Part shown: positions 44,394 through 48,474 of the stretch, one piece after another | Layout: each line of letters starts with the position of its first letter | Numbering within the stretch: position 1 is the first letter of the stretch | From: a virus | Lineage: Duplodnaviria; Caudoviricetes | Length of the DNA: 48,474 nt | Reading direction: 5' to 3' (one strand) | IMG/VR virus record: IMGVR_UViG_3300011443_000019 | Coordinates: 1-48,474 of that record | Program-made: the position numbers and the translations under genes | The notes under the pieces: model-generated | Told to the model about the DNA's origin: nothing | What the model saw: the letters and a program-made list of their open reading frames with translations, nothing else | The model's database searches: none

Positions 44394-44840
44394 ACGGCCA
44401 CGTACAACAAGTTCGAGAGCTGGGTTCAGGTGCTCGCAAACAAAGAAGTGGACATCTTTGGCACAGCGGAAGTCATCAATGCGTATCTGAGCAACGCCAC
44501 GCCATCGGCCTCAGGAGACACGGTCAAGGCCGATCTCGCTGAGATTACCAACCAGAACGGCTACGCTGCGCCCGTGGATACGCAGAACGATTCCACGCGA
44601 ACAGGTGGCACGGTTACGTTGACGGGTGTGTCGTTCACGGTCACGGCCAGTAGCGGCACGGTGGGGCCGTTTCAGTACGTAGCCATCTACGACGACACGC
44701 CGACCGCTCCGAACGCGGATCCATTGATCGCCTGGTGGGATTACGCCTCTGCCTTGACGTTGCAGGACGGGGAATCGTTCTCAGTCAAGTTTAACAACGC
44801 CGCTGTGGGCGTGGCGGGAACCATCTTCACCCTGGCGTAA
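44394..44840 (+). CDS. Putative fibre subunit/structural protein; apparent ACG start
   Basis: Frame reads (ACG)ATYNKFESWV... after a GAGGG SD; EI...NGY, GPFQYVAIYDDT..DPLIAWWDY..LTL.DGE.F motif of phage structural proteins. Confidence 0.7.
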   Translation, partial: TATYNKFESWVQVLANKEVDIFGTAEVINAYLSNATPSASGDTVKADLAEITNQNGYAAPVDTQNDSTRTGGTVTLTGVSFTVTASSGTVGPFQYVAIYDDTPTAPNADPLIAWWDYASALTLQDGESFSVKFNNAAVGVAGTIFTLA

Positions 44841-45050
44841 ATGCGAGAGTCGCTGATCGATCCACGGTCGATGGTGAAGGGCATTCTGCGCTTGTGTTGT
44901 GCGGATACGCGCAACCTTCAGGCCCTCGCCACGAACAGCCCTGAGCATCGGCACGGCATGATCGTCCGACAGTGTCGGCAGTGTGGGCGGAAGCATTACG
45001 AGCTCGTGGCCGATCCCGGCCATTTCGGAGTACGAGGCACGGGCCTCTAG
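44841..45050 (+). CDS. Small Cys-rich protein
   Basis: LCC...CRQCGRKHY. Confidence 0.65.
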   Translation: MRESLIDPRSMVKGILRLCCADTRNLQALATNSPEHRHGMIVRQCRQCGRKHYELVADPGHFGVRGTGL

Positions 45051-45059
45051 GAGTCGGTC

Positions 45060-45581
45060 ATGGCGTTGTATCAGATATGGAATGCGGCGATGCCGACGAC
45101 GGCCAAGGTGGCGGCAGTCACGACGGGCACGAGTATCAAGACATTGCTCCAGGTCAAGGCGAGTGCCACAGTGCAAGCCAAGATCAAGGAATGGGGCTTC
45201 CTGTGCGATGCCCCGGCGAGTGCGGCGCTGTTGTCTGTGGAACTGCTTGAGACAGACGTGGCGGCGACGGTGACAGCGCATGTCGCGGCTGGCCTGCACA
45301 AGCTGGACGCTGGTGCCCTCGGTGGCGGTGACCCCAGCACCAACCTGATTCAAGTGGGCACCACATCAACTGGCTACACCAGCTCAGGCGAAGGATCGAT
45401 CACGGCCGTGAGGCTGTTCGATGCCGTGCTGAATACCATTCCTTCGAGCAATGGCTACGAGTTTAAGAAGCAATATCCCTTGGGCTGTGAGCCGGTGATT
45501 GCGGTGGGCTTGTTCGGGCGTATCAGGGTCCATGCCTCTGTCGCCATGAACGCGCTCTGCTACATGACGATCGAAGTTTGA
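45060..45581 (+). CDS. Hypothetical structural protein
   Basis: AGGAG RBS; Thr/Ala-rich beta protein. Confidence 0.7.
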   Translation: MALYQIWNAAMPTTAKVAAVTTGTSIKTLLQVKASATVQAKIKEWGFLCDAPASAALLSVELLETDVAATVTAHVAAGLHKLDAGALGGGDPSTNLIQVGTTSTGYTSSGEGSITAVRLFDAVLNTIPSSNGYEFKKQYPLGCEPVIAVGLFGRIRVHASVAMNALCYMTIEV

Positions 45582-45585
45582 TGCG

Positions 45586-46662
45586 ATGAGACTCGGACGA
45601 GCACAGCACTTTAAGCCGCACCGGAGCAAGTTCAGGACGCCGCCGGCGTCGTACAGCCTGAACTGCGAGCCGGGGAGTTATGCCGTGAGCGGAGCTGCGG
45701 CCCTAGTGGTCGCGGGTCATATGTTGCTCGCGGCCTCTGGTGCGTACGCGGCGACTGGGTCGGCTGCGTCGTTGTCCTGGGAGCGATCACTCAATGCGTC
45801 TGCGGGTAGTTACTCGATCTCAGGGTCAGCGACGACCCTCCTATCGGCTCGAGTGGTCAACGCATCGGCTGGATCCTATGCCATCACGGGGTCGGCGGCT
45901 CAGGTTGTAGCGGCGAAGGTCTTCACGGCCAGTCCTGGCAGTTACGCACTCACGGGCAGCGCGACCACGTTGTCGCTGGTCAGGTCTATTCTGGCGAGTC
46001 CAGGCAGTTACAGTCTCACAGGCTCATCGGCCACGCTGCTCTCAGCCAGGGTCATCACGGCAAGTCCAGGCGCCTATAGCCTGACCGGCTCGAGTGCCAG
46101 TCTGCTTCGGGCGGCCCTGCTCACGTGTTCGCCTGGTAGTTACGTCATCAACGGGATCGACGCCGATCTCACGACCGCGACCGGGATCTTTGCGCTCACG
46201 GCGGAACCGGGCCACTATGCCCTCTCCGGGTCTGCGGTCTCGCTGGTGGCGGCGCATGTCATCCGGGCCGAGAGTGGTACGTATGTCCTGACGGGCGCGG
46301 CGGGATCGCTCGTCGCAAGTCGACTACTCGCGGCCAGTCCCGGGAGTTATGCCCTCACAGGATCGGCGGCATCCTTCGTGTTACAGCGGGCACTGCTCGC
46401 GAATCCGGGCGCCTACGCCATCACTGGCGCCGCGACTAGCCTGAACGCCGCACGGGTCTTTAGCCTCTCGCCTGGGGTGTATCTCATCACGGGCGCGGAT
46501 GTGACGTTCTTCTTTGGCGAACTCCCAGACATGACTGGCGCTCGTGGCGTGCGCGTCCTGGCGCCGTCCTCTGCCGCCGATGTCGCTGTCCGAGTGGTAT
46601 CAACGGCGTCGGACGTGGATGTGTCGCTTCCCTCGCGTGCGGTTCGCGTCAAGGTGATCTAA
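45586..46662 (+). CDS. 22-aa repeat protein
   Basis: About 13 tandem repeats of A-S-P-G-S-Y-x-L-T-G-S-x-A-x-L... Confidence 0.8.
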   Translation: MRLGRAQHFKPHRSKFRTPPASYSLNCEPGSYAVSGAAALVVAGHMLLAASGAYAATGSAASLSWERSLNASAGSYSISGSATTLLSARVVNASAGSYAITGSAAQVVAAKVFTASPGSYALTGSATTLSLVRSILASPGSYSLTGSSATLLSARVITASPGAYSLTGSSASLLRAALLTCSPGSYVINGIDADLTTATGIFALTAEPGHYALSGSAVSLVAAHVIRAESGTYVLTGAAGSLVASRLLAASPGSYALTGSAASFVLQRALLANPGAYAITGAATSLNAARVFSLSPGVYLITGADVTFFFGELPDMTGARGVRVLAPSSAADVAVRVVSTASDVDVSLPSRAVRVKVI

Positions 46663-47106
46663 ATGCTTGAAGGCTGCACGGACATTAAAAAGCCCTTCCT
46701 CGCCGGAGGGACACGGCTGATCACATTCCAGATCACAGACAAAGTCACGGGTGAAGGCTTTCAGCCGGACACCCTCACCATGACCATCTACGACGTGAAT
46801 CCCACAGGGGCCGGCGCTCGCGCTACGGTCTATCTCGTCGGTGGACACAAAACAGGCCCGACGGTGCTCTCGGCGATTGTGAACGATCAGGATGGCGTTG
46901 ATGTGTCCGCGATGGTGGATGTGAGCGGAAACGTGGAAGTCGAACTCACGCCTGAGGATACGGCCCTCGAAGTGCCTGATATTATCGTGAACACGCCCTA
47001 CCAGCGGAGAGTCCTATTCACCTGGACATGGGGCAGTCCTGCTCGGACAGCCCTGCACCAGATCATCATGCGGATTCAGCCCAATCGGGCCACGGTGGCG
47101 AGTTAG
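46663..47106 (+). CDS. Hypothetical structural protein (Ig-like adaptor candidate)
   Basis: Beta-rich; ELTPEDT; last gene of the module. Confidence 0.6.
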   Translation: MLEGCTDIKKPFLAGGTRLITFQITDKVTGEGFQPDTLTMTIYDVNPTGAGARATVYLVGGHKTGPTVLSAIVNDQDGVDVSAMVDVSGNVEVELTPEDTALEVPDIIVNTPYQRRVLFTWTWGSPARTALHQIIMRIQPNRATVAS

Positions 47107-47112
47107 GGAACC

Positions 47113-47514
47113 ATGCCTCACGCTGCCATAGGCTTCTGTCCTGAGAAGGGCTGCACCGCACGGTCCAGAGGCCCTTGCCCTGCCCACACCAAGGCCCGCA
47201 GGAAGGACGTAGACGCTCGCAGGGGCAGTAGACACGCCCGAGGCTACGGGAACGACTGGGACGCCCTCAGCAAGCGATGGAAGGCCTTACACCCGCTCTG
47301 CGGCATGCGCGCAGACAAACACCTGCATCCAGAGCACAGTGAATGCACACGGTTAGGCCTGCTGAACCCTGGCAGCATAGAGAACCCGCTCTGCACCGAT
47401 CACATCCTCTCCAGAGACAACGGAGGGACAGACGACGAGGCGAACCTGCAATCGCTCTGCCGGCGGTGCAACAGCGTCAAGTCGTCGACGATCGACGGCG
47501 GTGGATGGAAATGA
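47113..47514 (+). CDS. Packaging-associated HNH endonuclease (HK97 gp74-like)
   Basis: C..GC....CPAH..RGSRHARGYGNDW..HPLC..DHI...GG....NLQSLCRRCN. Confidence 0.9.
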   Translation: MPHAAIGFCPEKGCTARSRGPCPAHTKARRKDVDARRGSRHARGYGNDWDALSKRWKALHPLCGMRADKHLHPEHSECTRLGLLNPGSIENPLCTDHILSRDNGGTDDEANLQSLCRRCNSVKSSTIDGGGWK

Positions 47515-48474
47515 GAGGCGGCGCCAGGATCGGCTCAGGCAGGAAACCTAACGGCGTTGTGGTGTTTCCTCCGGAGGCGTTTGTCTGTGCATGCGGAGCA
47601 CCGAAGTCAAAGGCGTGCCCTCAGTGCGGAATGATGTTTCGCCCCAGGGTCAGGAGTAGCAAGTTCTGCTCTTTGGCATGCGCTGGCGTTAGTTATGTTG
47701 AAGCAGGTAAACAGAGACGGCTTAGAACGTGTGTTGTCTGTAGCCGAGAATTTCACAAGAACATCTGCACCACCAAGGTGGCCGGATTGTGCTGTTCACG
47801 TACGTGCGGCTTCGCCTATCAGGCATGGCAAGGACTATTAGCAAGGCAGGCGAGCGAGCGGGACAGGGTAATCGCGCCCCCTCGACTGTGCCCTGAGTGT
47901 GGGGTAACTGAGTGTCCTAGTGGTCAACGGCTGTGCTCGCTAGCCTGTAGGGAGCAACGATCACAACGTCTATACACCGAATGGAAAGCATCAGAGAAAT
48001 ACTCGCAATGGCTCAAGTCCAGGACGGTCAAGCGGCTCAAGATTCGGGTGAGCCGAGCGCCGATCCCGTGTAAGTCATGCGGAACACTGTTCGTTCCTGT
48101 CAATGGTCAACGGCTGACATGCACAAACGCCTGTAGTCGCCGATTCAGGAGACGAATAGACAAGCGGATACGCAGGGCAAGGAAGGCCATGGTCCCTCGT
48201 GAGTCTATTGACCCGATCGCTGTCTTTCGACGTGACAACTGGACATGTCAACTATGTGGACGCAAGACGCCGAAGGCCCTACAGGGAACGAACGAGTCCC
48301 GCGCTCCTGAGTTAGACCACATCGTTCCACTATCCAAGGGCGGCCCGCACGTCTGGGACAACGTGCAATGCACCTGTAGGGGCTGCAACGGCGCAAAAGG
48401 GGCTGAGATCATCGGACAATTCAGATTGCCGATGGGGGGGACCGATCAAGTAAGTCTTACATACCTCTTAGGAC
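47511..48474 (+). CDS. Multi-Zn-finger HNH endonuclease, 3'-truncated (absent from ORF track)
   Basis: Open from ATG 47511 to window end; four CxxC...C(S/T)xxC fingers, then VFRRDNWTCQLCG..ELDHIVPLSKGGPHVWDNVQCTCRGCNGAKG. Confidence 0.9.
   Translation, partial: MRGGARIGSGRKPNGVVVFPPEAFVCACGAPKSKACPQCGMMFRPRVRSSKFCSLACAGVSYVEAGKQRRLRTCVVCSREFHKNICTTKVAGLCCSRTCGFAYQAWQGLLARQASERDRVIAPPRLCPECGVTECPSGQRLCSLACREQRSQRLYTEWKASEKYSQWLKSRTVKRLKIRVSRAPIPCKSCGTLFVPVNGQRLTCTNACSRRFRRRIDKRIRRARKAMVPRESIDPIAVFRRDNWTCQLCGRKTPKALQGTNESRAPELDHIVPLSKGGPHVWDNVQCTCRGCNGAKGAEIIGQFRLPMGGTDQVSLTYLLG

Larger units (their letters stand above)
1..48474 (+). mobile_element. Near-complete tailed phage genome (HK97-like siphovirus)
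   Basis: Full packaging, head, neck, tail and recombination gene set, co-oriented with ATGA/GTGA overlaps; begins within terS and ends after the packaging HNH; no host genes seen. Confidence 0.96.

Noticed and set aside
255-48396. Long minus-strand and alternate-frame ORFs (e.g. 24626..25819, 30033..31043, 28353..29294)
   Set aside because: Shadow ORFs of GC-rich + strand genes with no motifs; many track starts also extend upstream of the true coupled starts
48420-48474. Direct circular join to base 1
   Set aside because: No terminal overlap, and joining does not give terS an in-frame start; a segment is missing
1-48474. tRNA genes and a firm host assignment
   Set aside because: No cloverleaf recognised in the few intergenic gaps; some proteins are reminiscent of Acidobacteriota but this cannot be supported without searches

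Overview
Near-complete (~48.5 kb), GC-rich tailed-phage genome of HK97/lambdoid siphovirus type, with all credible genes on the + strand. The window opens inside terS and ends inside an HNH gene. Order: terS/terL; a promoter-bearing moron (Zn-ribbon microprotein, DGQHR/ParB-like protein, stand-alone CHC2 finger); fused prohead protease-major capsid; portal; collagen-like protein; eight translationally coupled glycosyltransferase-like and methyltransferase genes; neck and tail genes; tape measure; tail tip, fibre and beta-helix proteins; small membrane genes; an early region (Cro-like, NinB-like, ERF, YqaJ exonuclease, HNHs, Dam-type MTase); and a second structural/fibre module before the packaging HNH. 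No integrase, CI, polymerase, helicase or recognisable endolysin was seen. Main leads: (1) a Gly-Ser-Pro motif recurring across virion proteins, a candidate sequon for the phage-encoded glycosylation cluster; (2) a ~340-nt structured RNA with its own promoter and an NrdR-box-like site, upstream of a protein resembling only the C-terminal domain of a replication initiator; (3) spondin-type TSP1 domains in a phage protein. All family assignments come from motif recognition by eye, not from database searches.
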